IMG/VR virus record: IMGVR_UViG_3300033273_000437 | Location: 1-57,898 of that record | From: a virus | Taxonomy: Duplodnaviria; Caudoviricetes | Length of the DNA stretch: 57,898 bases | Direction: 5' to 3' (one strand) | Shown: positions 18,043 through 27,312 of the stretch, in pieces | Position numbering within the stretch: position 1 is the stretch's first letter | Layout: each line of letters starts with the position of its first letter | Notes under the pieces: model-generated | What the model was told of the DNA's origin: nothing | What the model saw: the letters and a program-made list of their open reading frames with translations, nothing else | Database searches by the model: none | Translations under genes and position numbers: made by a program

Positions 18043-18792
18043 ATGAAATTGAGGACACTTCCCCCATCTCCCCCTCGTGAAGTCGTAAGTGGCGCTGAGC
18101 TAGAGACCTTGATGGACACCGGAGCCATCGGGTTTGCAAAGTGGCTTTGCCGGGTTATGGATCACAACAGCTGGTCTCACCCCCAGCTCGTGGCCCTTTG
18201 CAAGCACTGCACTGGTGGAAGGGCCTGGTTGCACAGCAGTCAGATTGCAGGCCTAAGACAGGCACGCCTCAAGAGTCCCGGCCCAAGAAGCTTTGTGGCT
18301 TTGGAGTACCTGTTCAGAGCCATAGACGACTTTCAGCAGAATGGATTATTAAACGAAGGGGAAGTCTTTTTCACCGGCAACTTTGCAGAACTAGTCAAAG
18401 ACGCGCAGATCATGCGCGATGAGGAAGGAAACCCCACCTCTCTTGGCTACTTAATCGAGGTGTTTACGGGATTGAGACCCGTCCCAATTGACCTAACGAA
18501 GGCTGAATTCTCTCCAGATCAAGCAAAGACCATTAGTGATAACACTGGACGACTAGTGAGAAAGCTAATGGCTGTCGAGGATCTGGATCCAATCGCTGAC
18601 GCCTATTCCTTAGCCTCCAAGTTTCCTGGCAACGCTCAGACCTGCAAACGTTTCGCTGAACTCATCAGAGGCTCAGGTGAATGGGAATACGAAACGATCG
18701 AAAGCAATGTCGGAAAGCTCGTGAAGTTTTTGAAAGATCAGTTTGGCTATGACCGGACTGTCAATGAGCTTTTGGAGCAACTAAGCAAATAG
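18043..18792 (+). CDS. Putative XRE/lambda-repressor-like regulator
   Basis: WSHPQL...LHSSQIAGLR HTH-like segment; divergent from the replication genes; start may be 18112. Confidence 0.5.
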   Translation: MKLRTLPPSPPREVVSGAELETLMDTGAIGFAKWLCRVMDHNSWSHPQLVALCKHCTGGRAWLHSSQIAGLRQARLKSPGPRSFVALEYLFRAIDDFQQNGLLNEGEVFFTGNFAELVKDAQIMRDEEGNPTSLGYLIEVFTGLRPVPIDLTKAEFSPDQAKTISDNTGRLVRKLMAVEDLDPIADAYSLASKFPGNAQTCKRFAELIRGSGEWEYETIESNVGKLVKFLKDQFGYDRTVNELLEQLSK

Positions 18793-18857
18793 TTCGTCCA
18801 GCAGGGGTTGCGCTGATTGTTCATCCTCATTAGGATGCAACCATTCGCATCCACCCC

Positions 18858-19139
18858 ATGCCGTCACAGCGGTATCCGGAGGCGAAGCAGCGAAGGACTC
18901 TCTGGCTAACAGAGCACTCCTTCCAGTTCCTGTCTGGACTAGCTAGACGCTCAGGCCTCTCCCCTTCGGAAAAGCTCGAACGTCTTCTTCGCCAGCTGGA
19001 AGCTCTAACCAGCACACACAACACGCAAAACAATGCCTTTAACGACCACCCGCCGAGCACAAAACAGCAAAAGCTCCGAGAGCTTCCTGCCAACAGCACT
19101 CCGGACTCGACTGGAGAAGGACAAGAAGCAGGCAGCTGA
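18858..19139 (+). CDS. Ribbon-helix-helix (CopG-like) protein
   Basis: RRTLWLT...L..LARRSGLSPSEKLERLLR. Confidence 0.55.
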   Translation: MPSQRYPEAKQRRTLWLTEHSFQFLSGLARRSGLSPSEKLERLLRQLEALTSTHNTQNNAFNDHPPSTKQQKLRELPANSTPDSTGEGQEAGS

Positions 19140-19698
19140 ACGGGCTGCAGCCTCAAGCGGTTACGTCGCCACCCCTAAAGATGGGGAAAGCGTCGAACTG
19201 CGGGTTATGTCTACTTGCCGTTGGGGGTATGAGGTCTGGTACGACTACCAGGACGACGACGGCCAAAATCGCCGTGGTTGTGCCCGCTGGGACGCTGAGG
19301 CTCTGATGGAGAACGGCTTTGACGAGCCGCCTGCTGAGGAGATTCCTGAAGGTTGCGCCACCTTTAGGGATGGCTCCCCACTGATCAAGACCTATATGGC
19401 CATGGTCGTGTGGAACTACAAGGAAGAGCGTTTCCAGATCTGGAGTTTCAATCAGGTCTCACTCCGTGAGCAGTTCACTAAGGCCTGCGAGAACCCTCGC
19501 TACGGCGATCCTCGTGGTTACGACTTCGAGTGGAGCCGTACTGGCAAAGAACTGCAAACGGTTCACAACCTGTTGGCACTTCCCCCCGAGCCGGTCGCCG
19601 ATGAAATCGCCGAGGCCTACAACGACTTCGAGTGTGATCTGAAGGCGTACTGCATGGGCGCACCTGGAGAAGAAATCTTCGGCAAGTCCAAGGATTGA
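19033..19698 (+). CDS. Putative single-stranded DNA-binding protein
   Basis: GYEVW, MVVWNY..ERFQIW, YGDPRGYD motifs; acidic C-terminus; precedes the exonuclease. Confidence 0.55.
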   Translation: MPLTTTRRAQNSKSSESFLPTALRTRLEKDKKQAAERAAASSGYVATPKDGESVELRVMSTCRWGYEVWYDYQDDDGQNRRGCARWDAEALMENGFDEPPAEEIPEGCATFRDGSPLIKTYMAMVVWNYKEERFQIWSFNQVSLREQFTKACENPRYGDPRGYDFEWSRTGKELQTVHNLLALPPEPVADEIAEAYNDFECDLKAYCMGAPGEEIFGKSKD

Positions 19699-19751
19699 TA
19701 TCTCTATCTAGATGGGGGCCTTGAGCCCCCTTCAACTGCACTGGAACAGTC

Positions 19752-20456
19752 ATGCGTCTGCGGTCCATTCCCAAGTACGAAGCTGTCCGGACCGTCCTTG
19801 ACGGTCATCGCGTTTACGCGACTCCTCTCGGCCTAAAACCCAGTGTCACCACGGTCCTTCGTGATGACAAGAAGTTCGATAGTTGGCGTAAGTACAAAGG
19901 AAAGGCTGCAGACGAAATACTGCAACGTGCATCGGAGCGCGGTACCTGGACCCATGACGGCGCAGAGCACTTCCTGACTACAGGAAAGCATCCACCGTTT
20001 CACTTCAGTTACCAGCCGTTCTACAACTCATTGCGTCCTTTTCTGGAAACAATTGAGCAGACCCTTCTTTTGGAAGGAGCTGTGTGGAACAGCGACAACT
20101 ACGCAGGTGCCTGCGACTGCATTGCCTACATGCCGGGTGATGGGGATCAACCGACATTGATCGATTTCAAGACAGCTACTAAGCCTGTCACGGGATCGAA
20201 ATTGTATGGCTATGAGTTGCAGGTCGCCGCGTACATCAAGGCTGCCAACTTCGTGTATGGCCGCCAAGGACTTTGCATCAAGAAAGGCTTGATCGCTGTG
20301 GCCATGCCCAACAAGCCATTTCAACTTCACGAGCTTGGCCGAAACGACATTAACCAGCTCTACTGCCACTTCTTGGAGAAGTTAGAAGACTGGCAGATCA
20401 AGAATCCATTGCCGAATAACTTCCATCAGCCAATGTCTAGCTGTTTCCGTAGCTAG
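19752..20456 (+). CDS. PD-(D/E)XK exonuclease
   Basis: PSVTTVL, RGTWTH, YAGACD, LIDFKT, QVAAY. Confidence 0.85.
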   Translation: MRLRSIPKYEAVRTVLDGHRVYATPLGLKPSVTTVLRDDKKFDSWRKYKGKAADEILQRASERGTWTHDGAEHFLTTGKHPPFHFSYQPFYNSLRPFLETIEQTLLLEGAVWNSDNYAGACDCIAYMPGDGDQPTLIDFKTATKPVTGSKLYGYELQVAAYIKAANFVYGRQGLCIKKGLIAVAMPNKPFQLHELGRNDINQLYCHFLEKLEDWQIKNPLPNNFHQPMSSCFRS

Positions 20457-20475
20457 AGATATGGCATAGTTAACA

Positions 20476-20781
20476 ATGACCAGAAGAATATCCGAGTTCT
20501 TTCACTTTGATCTGCTTGAAGAGCAGCACAAGTGGTCAATCGACCAAATAGCTTTCTTTTATCAGACGTCGGAAGAAGAGGTAATTATTGCACTAGCTAA
20601 AGCTAATGAACGATACGCCGACAACCCTCTCTCGATTAATTACCGCGACCCAGACAGCGACTGCGACGGATCTTGCAGCCAGGACTTACTTACGCCGCCA
20701 TGTGGGGATGTTCAGTGTCCTCCAGGGGAAGGTGGGGCTGAGGGATGCCCGGTTGTGGCTTCTGGGGGCTGCCCTCCTTGA
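20476..20781 (+). CDS. Hypothetical protein
   Basis: ORF track; overlaps the alternative ORF 20606-20827. Confidence 0.4.
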   Translation: MTRRISEFFHFDLLEEQHKWSIDQIAFFYQTSEEEVIIALAKANERYADNPLSINYRDPDSDCDGSCSQDLLTPPCGDVQCPPGEGGAEGCPVVASGGCPP

Positions 20782-20904
20782 CCTTCACAGTCAAGCCTCC
20801 GGCCTCCCCCAGGAATCCGATAGCTAGGACTCGACGTTCACCGTCAACGTCAACGAAGTCATAGCTACCGCGATCCGTTTTCAAATCGTGTTTGGCTTTT
20901 TCAA

Positions 20905-21171
20905 ATGTCTAGCACCGCTCGACAGACCTCGTCCACAAGTAAACCGAGTCGCTCCCCCGGTCATGTTTACAGGATTGGACAGCGTGTAAAACGCCGCCAG
21001 TCCATCTCCAGTCAAATGACGTTTGGCACCCCCAGAGAGGGGACCATTGTCGACTTGACCTGGACAAAAACAAAGGCAGGGGCCACATACCCCACCTATG
21101 CCGTCAAGTTCGACCACTCTGACGTGATCGATCAGAGGGTCCACCAGATGCGGATTTTGGTACTGGACTGA
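20905..21171 (+). CDS. Hypothetical SH3/KOW-like small protein
   Basis: YRIGQRV...GTIVD...YAVKFD pattern. Confidence 0.55.
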   Translation: MSSTARQTSSTSKPSRSPGHVYRIGQRVKRRQSISSQMTFGTPREGTIVDLTWTKTKAGATYPTYAVKFDHSDVIDQRVHQMRILVLD

Positions 21172-21225
21172 TGTGGCAACTCGACACTGACCATACGAAC
21201 ACCTTTGTTAGTTACGACGAATTAG

Positions 21226-21915
21226 ATGACCACACTTCCTCCAGGCCTGAAAGAAACCCCAGAAGACGGTGGGATTGCTTTAGATCGACCAGTAACGCTT
21301 GGGCATATCACCCCTCAAGCAGAAAAACTAATCGTCAAATGTGCTCGCGTTTCCAATAGGAAGAACGAGGACAACTGGGAGACGGGACCCAAGCTCATCA
21401 AATACCTGATCGATCACAAGCATTGGAGCCCCTTCGAGCTTGTGTTCATGTGCGTCCGGGTGGAGACGACTCTCGATGTGGCCTCGCAAGCCACACGACA
21501 TAGATCCTTCGCATTTCAGCAGTTTTCCTGTCGCTACGCCAAAACCCAGAAGGCTCAGGTTCCTGAATTTCGCTCACAGGACACCAAGAACCGACAGAAC
21601 AGCTGGGACAACCTCACGGATCTGGAGCAGGGCGAAGCACAAGCCATGGCCCAAGACGTTATTGACCATGCCTACGAGACCTATGAGCAGCTCCTACAGC
21701 AAGGATTGGCCAAGGAAACAGCAAGGCGAATCCTCCCAGTCTGTACGCCCACAACGTACTGGATGGCTGGATCGGCTCGTTCTTTTATTCATTACATACA
21801 AGTTCGAGCACACCCCGACACACAGAAGGAACACCGCATGGTGGCAGAGGAGATAAAGAAGATCTTCTGCTCTCAGTTTCCCTTCACTGCCGAGGCCTTG
21901 GGATGGACAAGCTGA
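21226..21915 (+). CDS. thyX: FAD-dependent thymidylate synthase
   Basis: HWSPFE, RHRSF-x-x-Q-x-S-x-RY, ETARRILP, TQKEHR. Confidence 0.93.
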   Translation: MTTLPPGLKETPEDGGIALDRPVTLGHITPQAEKLIVKCARVSNRKNEDNWETGPKLIKYLIDHKHWSPFELVFMCVRVETTLDVASQATRHRSFAFQQFSCRYAKTQKAQVPEFRSQDTKNRQNSWDNLTDLEQGEAQAMAQDVIDHAYETYEQLLQQGLAKETARRILPVCTPTTYWMAGSARSFIHYIQVRAHPDTQKEHRMVAEEIKKIFCSQFPFTAEALGWTS

Positions 21916-22295
21916 ATGACGAACTCCGCAATGTAAGCGATCCTTATATCCTGAACGTTGATATACGCCCCCGTCCAGCCAGTCGCCCACGCTTCTCAAG
22001 TAAGGGTCAGGTCTACTCCGACCCTTCCTACAAGGACTGGCTAAGCGACTTTCAGCAGATCGTCATTAGAGAATGGCCCTATGAGGTTTTAACCACCATT
22101 TCCCACATAGAGATCATTTTCAACGGCCCTACCAAACGAGGAGATCTCGATAATTATCTGAAAGCCGTCCTCGATGGACTTGTATATGCACGAGTTTTGA
22201 AGAACGATAACCTCGCAGTGTTGTCATCTATACAAACGAGTTTCATTCATCAGAAAGAATCTGATCCCTGGATCTTCATCAAGATTTATCCGTAG
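21903..22295 (+). CDS. rusA: RusA Holliday junction resolvase
   Basis: SRPRF and GDLDNYLKAVLDGL...ND motifs. Confidence 0.85.
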   Translation: MDKLNDELRNVSDPYILNVDIRPRPASRPRFSSKGQVYSDPSYKDWLSDFQQIVIREWPYEVLTTISHIEIIFNGPTKRGDLDNYLKAVLDGLVYARVLKNDNLAVLSSIQTSFIHQKESDPWIFIKIYP

Positions 22296-22322
22296 GTATC
22301 GTGAAGGTAAGCCAACTAAATA

Positions 22323-22829
22323 GTGATGCTGAAAGCACAATCGTCAGACGATTTGCTTTACAACCTTCACGAAATAAGGCCACGCGATGCAGTAAGAAGC
22401 TTCCGCAAATCAATCATTCATGACTATCCTGGCAAGCGGTGTGCTTACTGCGGAATGCCAGCTCATTCTTGGACGCTAGATCACATAATCCCAAAATCAA
22501 AAGGCGGGCCTACGCGACGTTGGAACCTTTTACGTTGTTGTGCTCGTTGTAACGGAAATAAGAGCAATACAGACCTACTTCCCTGGTATCGGCCTCAAAT
22601 ATTTTGGACCGAAGACAGAGAAAATACTGTTTTCACTTGGATGCGGGACAATGCATCCATGGACGCGATGTTAGTTTTGGAAGAAGCTCTCCGCGAAGGT
22701 GTAATTGACACGGATGCATTGGCCGATGTTTGCGAGGCGACAAGACCCAGTAACCCTACAGAAAACTTCTGGGACACTTATTGCAGGCTATATCCCAACG
22801 ATCCCGGGTGCTTGATATACGACGTCTAA
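22323..22829 (+). CDS. HNH endonuclease
   Basis: CAYCG...TLDHIIPKSKGG...NL..CC..CNGNK. Confidence 0.88.
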   Translation: MMLKAQSSDDLLYNLHEIRPRDAVRSFRKSIIHDYPGKRCAYCGMPAHSWTLDHIIPKSKGGPTRRWNLLRCCARCNGNKSNTDLLPWYRPQIFWTEDRENTVFTWMRDNASMDAMLVLEEALREGVIDTDALADVCEATRPSNPTENFWDTYCRLYPNDPGCLIYDV

Positions 22830-22919
22830 CCATGGTGCCTGAAGAACTGCTTATTATCGGCGGTGCATTGACGTGGGGTTTTTTCCTGTTTATTCTGGCT
22901 CTATAGATGAAGAATTAAC

Positions 22920-23660
22920 TTGCCACAGACAGGTCAGTTTTATATCTATTGCTATTTAGATGAGGCTCTAGAACCCTACTACATCGGCAAAGGTAAGGGT
23001 TATAGGGCTTGGACTAAGCACACCACAGTAGAAGTCCCACCTGAAGATAGGATTATAATCGTGATGGACGGTCTCGATGAGGAGACCGCTCTTAGGTGCG
23101 AGAAGACGTGCATCGACTTCTACGGTCGTGAGAAGGATGGAGGCACATTGAAGAATGTGCATCCAGGTGGAACTATCGGTTTCCCTACAGGGGAAGAACA
23201 CCATCTTTTCGGTAAATCCGGTTTTGAACATCCTGTATGTGGGATGACAGGCCCTATGCAAGGACGCACAGGCTCGAAGCATCCGTCCTACGGAACTACA
23301 GGAGCACTAAAAGGGCGAACAGGAGCAAAGCACCCTACAAGTAAGAAGTACCGGCTGACTTCTCCTACTGGAGAAAACTTTGAAATCCATGGCCTGTCAG
23401 CCTTTTGCTGTGAACACGGATTAAATCCGACTTATATGAGCGCCGTTGCTCATGGCAGAATGAGCGACCACAAAGGCTGGAAGTGCGAGTTGTTAGAAAC
23501 TAAACTGCGTATCGCCACTTCGCCGTCAGGAGAACGGTTTGAGGTGCGAAATCTCAGTGAGTTTTGTAAGAAACACGGTCTCAGACCCTCTGGAATGACC
23601 AACGTTTCTATCGGCAGAGCCAAGACTCATAAGGGTTGGAGATACGAAAATATCACTTAA
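22920..23660 (+). CDS. Free-standing GIY-YIG-like homing endonuclease with C-terminal repeated DNA-binding modules
   Basis: YIYCY..PYYIGKG..R; G-x-x-HP repeats; two SPxGE...FC..HGL...HKGW repeats. Confidence 0.75.
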   Translation: MPQTGQFYIYCYLDEALEPYYIGKGKGYRAWTKHTTVEVPPEDRIIIVMDGLDEETALRCEKTCIDFYGREKDGGTLKNVHPGGTIGFPTGEEHHLFGKSGFEHPVCGMTGPMQGRTGSKHPSYGTTGALKGRTGAKHPTSKKYRLTSPTGENFEIHGLSAFCCEHGLNPTYMSAVAHGRMSDHKGWKCELLETKLRIATSPSGERFEVRNLSEFCKKHGLRPSGMTNVSIGRAKTHKGWRYENIT

Positions 23661-23700
23661 AAAGCCAAATCTATGTTTCTAGGTATGTATATTTAATTAT

Positions 23701-23786
23701 GCGGGGACATAGTAAGTATATAAATCATATTTAACTATCTAATAGTTATTAGCTAAGAGTTAGGAAAGTAATAATTAGGTCCCCGC
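23701..23786. repeat. Inverted repeat GCGGGGAC / GTCCCCGC around an AT-rich spacer
   Basis: Arms at 23701-23708 and 23779-23786. Confidence 0.6.
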
Positions 23787-23892
23787 TATTTATTACTTAA
23801 CAGATTGTTGCTTGATATTGACGGATCGGGGGGTTTCATGGTATTTCGCGGGCGCTGCGCGGTTCCTTTATTGGGTCCGACTGGCTGGAGAG

Positions 23893-23950
23893 TGTGCCAA
23901 TCAAATAGGTGGCACAGAATATGGTGTCCTGTCCTGAAATGGATTAGAAA
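23893..23950 (+). promoter_or_regulatory. Putative early promoter/operator
   Basis: TGTGCCA-N9-TGGCACA-type palindrome (23893-23916), then TGTCCTGTCC and a TAGAAA -10-like hexamer. Confidence 0.4.
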
Positions 23951-24318
23951 GGGTTCAACCAAACGAGGTCAGCCCAAACGACTCAACCAAGACGCCACAA
24001 AACGGCGACATAAGGCACGCGGAACCCGCGCAGTTAGTCCGATTCTCCCGACCTTATGGGAACCACGGAGAGACGACGGCGACAGGTCCACACGGTCTAG
24101 ACCAACTGGTAGCAAGTGCTGGCAGGTTTAGAGGGCAAAACGTAGGCGCGCCGTATGGGCAGCTGATTTTATCATCCCGGATCTGTCAGGAACTACTAGA
24201 GGTTGGACTTTCAATAAATAATATTTAGGACTGCAATTTACGCGATAGGTGTGGTGTATCTCAACAGCACTGAAACGTATCTAATGCGGGCCAGGGTAAC
24301 TAATCATCCCTTCAGATT

Positions 24319-24428
24319 TAGCGCAAGCTGTATCTAACAGAAAGGAGTGAATAGATAGGTTTTCTCGGTGTATATCAGCAGATTAAATCTATCTTTTCAC
24401 AATCAGGTTCAAATCCTGTCTTGCGTTA
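24319..24428 (+). ncRNA. tRNA-like element with an elongated central arm
   Basis: 9-bp closing stem, small D-like hairpin, long arm and T-arm CAGG-TTCAAAT-CCTG. Confidence 0.5.
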
Positions 24429-24493
24429 TTGCCACTTTTTAGTGGCACTTTTTCTCTCTCTCACCTTACAAGCTGTGCATCCAGCATCTCATC

Positions 24494-25240
24494 ATGAACT
24501 TCACACAATTTCTCAATTTCTCTCACGGCAATGCAAAGCTCAAGAAGAGACTAATCTTTTCTCTTCCGGCAGGTAAGACATGTCCTGGCGCTTTATTCTG
24601 TAAGTCTTTTGCTGTTGTTCAGCCAGACGGAAAGCGTAGGATTCAAGATGGCAAAGACACAAAGTTTCGTTGCTTTGCTGCATCTTCTGAGGTTCAATAT
24701 GACGCAGTTTATAACTTGAGAGCTACAAATATGGAGTTGTTGATGCAGTCAGTTATCAACGGTTCAATGGCTGATCTTATCGATGCAAGTATTCAGCATC
24801 ATAGACGCAAGAATGAGAAGCTGGTTCGTATTCATGAAAGTGGAGATATGTTCTCCCTGGGCTATCTATTGGCCTGGATCGAAGTTGCAAAGCGCAATCC
24901 AGATATGATCTTTTACTGTTTCAGTAAGTCTCTGGATCTTTTCTTGGGTCTTGAATTGCCTAGCAATTTCTACCTAACTGCATCTAAAGGTGGAAAGTTT
25001 GATTATCTGATTGACGAGGGTCATTTCCCTCGTTATTCCGTTGTGGTCAAGACTGAAGAAGAAGCAGCCGCTTTAGGTCTTGAGATTGATCACGATGACA
25101 GCCACTGTTTAGGTGACAAACCCTTTGCACTTCTTGTGCATGGGACTCAACCTAAAGGTTCTGATTGGGGTAAAGCTATCTTTACCCGTCGTAAAGCTGG
25201 CAAGTTCACAGGCTATAGCTCTAAAAAAGCTGCTGTCTGA
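24494..25240 (+). CDS. Gp88-like phage protein
   Basis: GNAKL, FSLPAG.TCP..C..CFA, RIHESGDMF motifs. Confidence 0.65.
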   Translation: MNFTQFLNFSHGNAKLKKRLIFSLPAGKTCPGALFCKSFAVVQPDGKRRIQDGKDTKFRCFAASSEVQYDAVYNLRATNMELLMQSVINGSMADLIDASIQHHRRKNEKLVRIHESGDMFSLGYLLAWIEVAKRNPDMIFYCFSKSLDLFLGLELPSNFYLTASKGGKFDYLIDEGHFPRYSVVVKTEEEAAALGLEIDHDDSHCLGDKPFALLVHGTQPKGSDWGKAIFTRRKAGKFTGYSSKKAAV

Positions 25241-25300
25241 TGTTCTTGTCTGGACCAGTACAACTCTTTCACCTCATCCCAATTACTTTTTTTCCATCTC

Positions 25301-25522
25301 ATGGCTAACAAAATGCAATTCCAAGTTACACAAATTGAATTTGATTTTGATGATTCTGCTTCTTATGACAAGGAGCCAGGATATTTCCAATCAATTATTG
25401 ATGAAACACTAGAAGGAGTATGGGAAGCAGATGATGAAGATGATCTCATCGAAGAGATTACATGTGCAACGGGTTGGTGCATTAAATCTATTAAGTATGA
25501 CCACGTTCTTTCAAGCTTTTAA
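25301..25522 (+). CDS. Early hypothetical protein
   Basis: Acidic; WEADDEDDLIEEIT..TGWCI motif. Confidence 0.65.
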   Translation: MANKMQFQVTQIEFDFDDSASYDKEPGYFQSIIDETLEGVWEADDEDDLIEEITCATGWCIKSIKYDHVLSSF

Positions 25523-25529
25523 TCCAGCC

Positions 25530-25766
25530 ATGTTTAACATCATCGATTCACGATCTGGCGCTGTTGTTGCTGTTGCTTCAGACTTCACATCTGCGAAACG
25601 TGAGGCATCTAAGTATCGCCGCGCTCAGTACATCAAAGACTGGCAATTAGTAAAGATCAAGAAACAGAAAGAAGCCCCAATACGTGTGTATCACGACGAC
25701 TCAGGTTGTTGTGATGCACTGCGTGATCGCAGATCTGAACTTTACGGAGCAGCTAATTGGCGATGA
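25530..25766 (+). CDS. Early hypothetical protein
   Basis: In-frame ATG just after the previous stop. Confidence 0.5.
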   Translation: MFNIIDSRSGAVVAVASDFTSAKREASKYRRAQYIKDWQLVKIKKQKEAPIRVYHDDSGCCDALRDRRSELYGAANWR

Positions 25767-25960
25767 TTCACATCACTCCCAAATCTTCAAAAGCAAAGAA
25801 TCGTCTTGCTAATCAGATGAATAACGATCCACGAATGGTGATTGAACAGGTCAACGACACTCACATCTTTGCAGTGTCTGTATCTGGTTCTTATTGCTGT
25901 TGGATTCAACACTCAAACGATCCACATTTTGAATACCTACACACACTTCCTGAGCTATGA
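25763..25960 (+). CDS. Early hypothetical protein
   Basis: TPKSSKAKNRLAN.M motif; ATGA coupling. Confidence 0.6.
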   Translation: MIHITPKSSKAKNRLANQMNNDPRMVIEQVNDTHIFAVSVSGSYCCWIQHSNDPHFEYLHTLPEL

Positions 25961-26304
25961 AAGTCCGCGTTTATTACAACCTCACAAAGCACATCTGGAG
26001 TGTGCAGAAGCATGTTCCAGGTAAGGGTTGGAGAGTTGCAGGACATCTCCCACGTCTTGCACTCAATAACGTCCAAACTGTAGTTAATGCCTACGGCCAG
26101 CAACGAACAAGGACAGAGGGTAAGAAGTACGTTCACGCCTTTTTAGAAGGTGAGATCTGTACATCTGCCTTTTCTGTTACTCCTTCCCACAGACGCATCA
26201 CATACAACCCACAACGTGACAACACGTTTGTGTGGAAGCACAACGGCGAGGAGTTCACATCTTCTCATCAGGTTGTCTTAACCGACAACGCATACGCTCT
26301 CTGA
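25957..26304 (+). CDS. Conserved phage hypothetical protein
   Basis: VRVYYNL..WS...KYVHAF..G...ITYNP motif. Confidence 0.65.
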   Translation: MKVRVYYNLTKHIWSVQKHVPGKGWRVAGHLPRLALNNVQTVVNAYGQQRTRTEGKKYVHAFLEGEICTSAFSVTPSHRRITYNPQRDNTFVWKHNGEEFTSSHQVVLTDNAYAL

Positions 26305-26323
26305 TTCTTTTCTCTCTCTCACC

Positions 26324-26737
26324 ATGACAATCTCCACTCGCTCAAAGCGTCAAGCCGCTACTAAAAAACGCGTTAAATTCACCACAAAGGCAGCAAAATC
26401 CGTGGCAGAATCCTGGACCGAAGAACAGTACGAACGCGAACTGTCGATCTACCTTGATCGCAAAAAGCTTTTTGCTGACATCGAGGCTGAGGTTAAAGGT
26501 CGCATGGCACAACTTGTTCAATACATGAATGCCCATGAGATTCAGTCTGCTTCATTGGATGATCAACAGGTAGTCATCACTCGTCGTAAGGTTTGGTCTT
26601 ATAGCGACGAATGTCGCCGTGAACTTGAAAAGGTCAAGAATGCACAGCGTCAAGAACAAGAAGATGGCAGAGCCACATTCAGTGAATCCGTCTACCTGAC
26701 TGTCAAGCCCACCAGCAACAGAGAGGTGGAAGCATGA
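26324..26737 (+). CDS. Early hypothetical coiled-coil protein
   Basis: ORF track; CT-rich leader directly before the ATG. Confidence 0.6.
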   Translation: MTISTRSKRQAATKKRVKFTTKAAKSVAESWTEEQYERELSIYLDRKKLFADIEAEVKGRMAQLVQYMNAHEIQSASLDDQQVVITRRKVWSYSDECRRELEKVKNAQRQEQEDGRATFSESVYLTVKPTSNREVEA

Positions 26738-26857
26738 CCAAACAACAAAAGATCTTCGGATTCTCCACCCTCCTGGTCTGTTTGGGTGTTCTCTTCCTTA
26801 CGCCTTGGCCGACTGCTGATGCGGTCTTCTCTACCCACGCTTCTCCACCACTCAACT

Positions 26858-27115
26858 ATGAAAACCTACAAGTTCAGAACGCTAATTCACAATGAAAACG
26901 GACGTGACATTCCGTCCTCTTGGTTCTTCGTTATTGCTGCTTCAAAAGATGAGGCACAGGAACTAGCACTTAATTACATCAGGGATCTCAATGAGCACAA
27001 TGAACGTCTTCATTCGTTCTTCAAAAGAGACACCTTTTACTCAGGTGCAACCTTTGAATACGTTCTCCCATACGGCCACTTGAACACTTCTGCAATCAAC
27101 TATGAACCTGCATGA
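26858..27115 (+). CDS. Early hypothetical protein
   Basis: MKTYKF...IAASKDEAQELA. Confidence 0.55.
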   Translation: MKTYKFRTLIHNENGRDIPSSWFFVIAASKDEAQELALNYIRDLNEHNERLHSFFKRDTFYSGATFEYVLPYGHLNTSAINYEPA

Positions 27116-27312
27116 TCTTGTCATCCGCGCTCGTGACCTTTCGATTCTGGAGAATCGTGCTCAGTGGATATGCCTTCATCCGCAAGGCTTTCACTACATA
27201 ACAAAGGATCCTGATCCCTCCCGTGTCGTAACGGTTGTCAGACCTCGTTAATTAACGCCCAACACTGGCCTGGGCAGGATGCCAGACCTTTTCATCTCTC
27301 TCACCTAAAACA

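Noticed and set aside
19752-20456. Cas4 / CRISPR association
   Set aside because: No Fe-S cysteine pattern and no array; an ordinary phage exonuclease next to an SSB.
20821-20867. Imperfect intergenic stem-loop TAGCTA...TAGCTA
   Set aside because: Single bulged hairpin with no further support; could be chance or a simple processing site.
22829-23700. Group I intron around the GIY-YIG-like gene
   Set aside because: Flanking genes are complete and no P7 core or split exons are evident.
23805-24131. 108-aa ORF in the non-coding block
   Set aside because: TTG start, atypical composition, and it overlaps the promoter palindrome and RNA stems.
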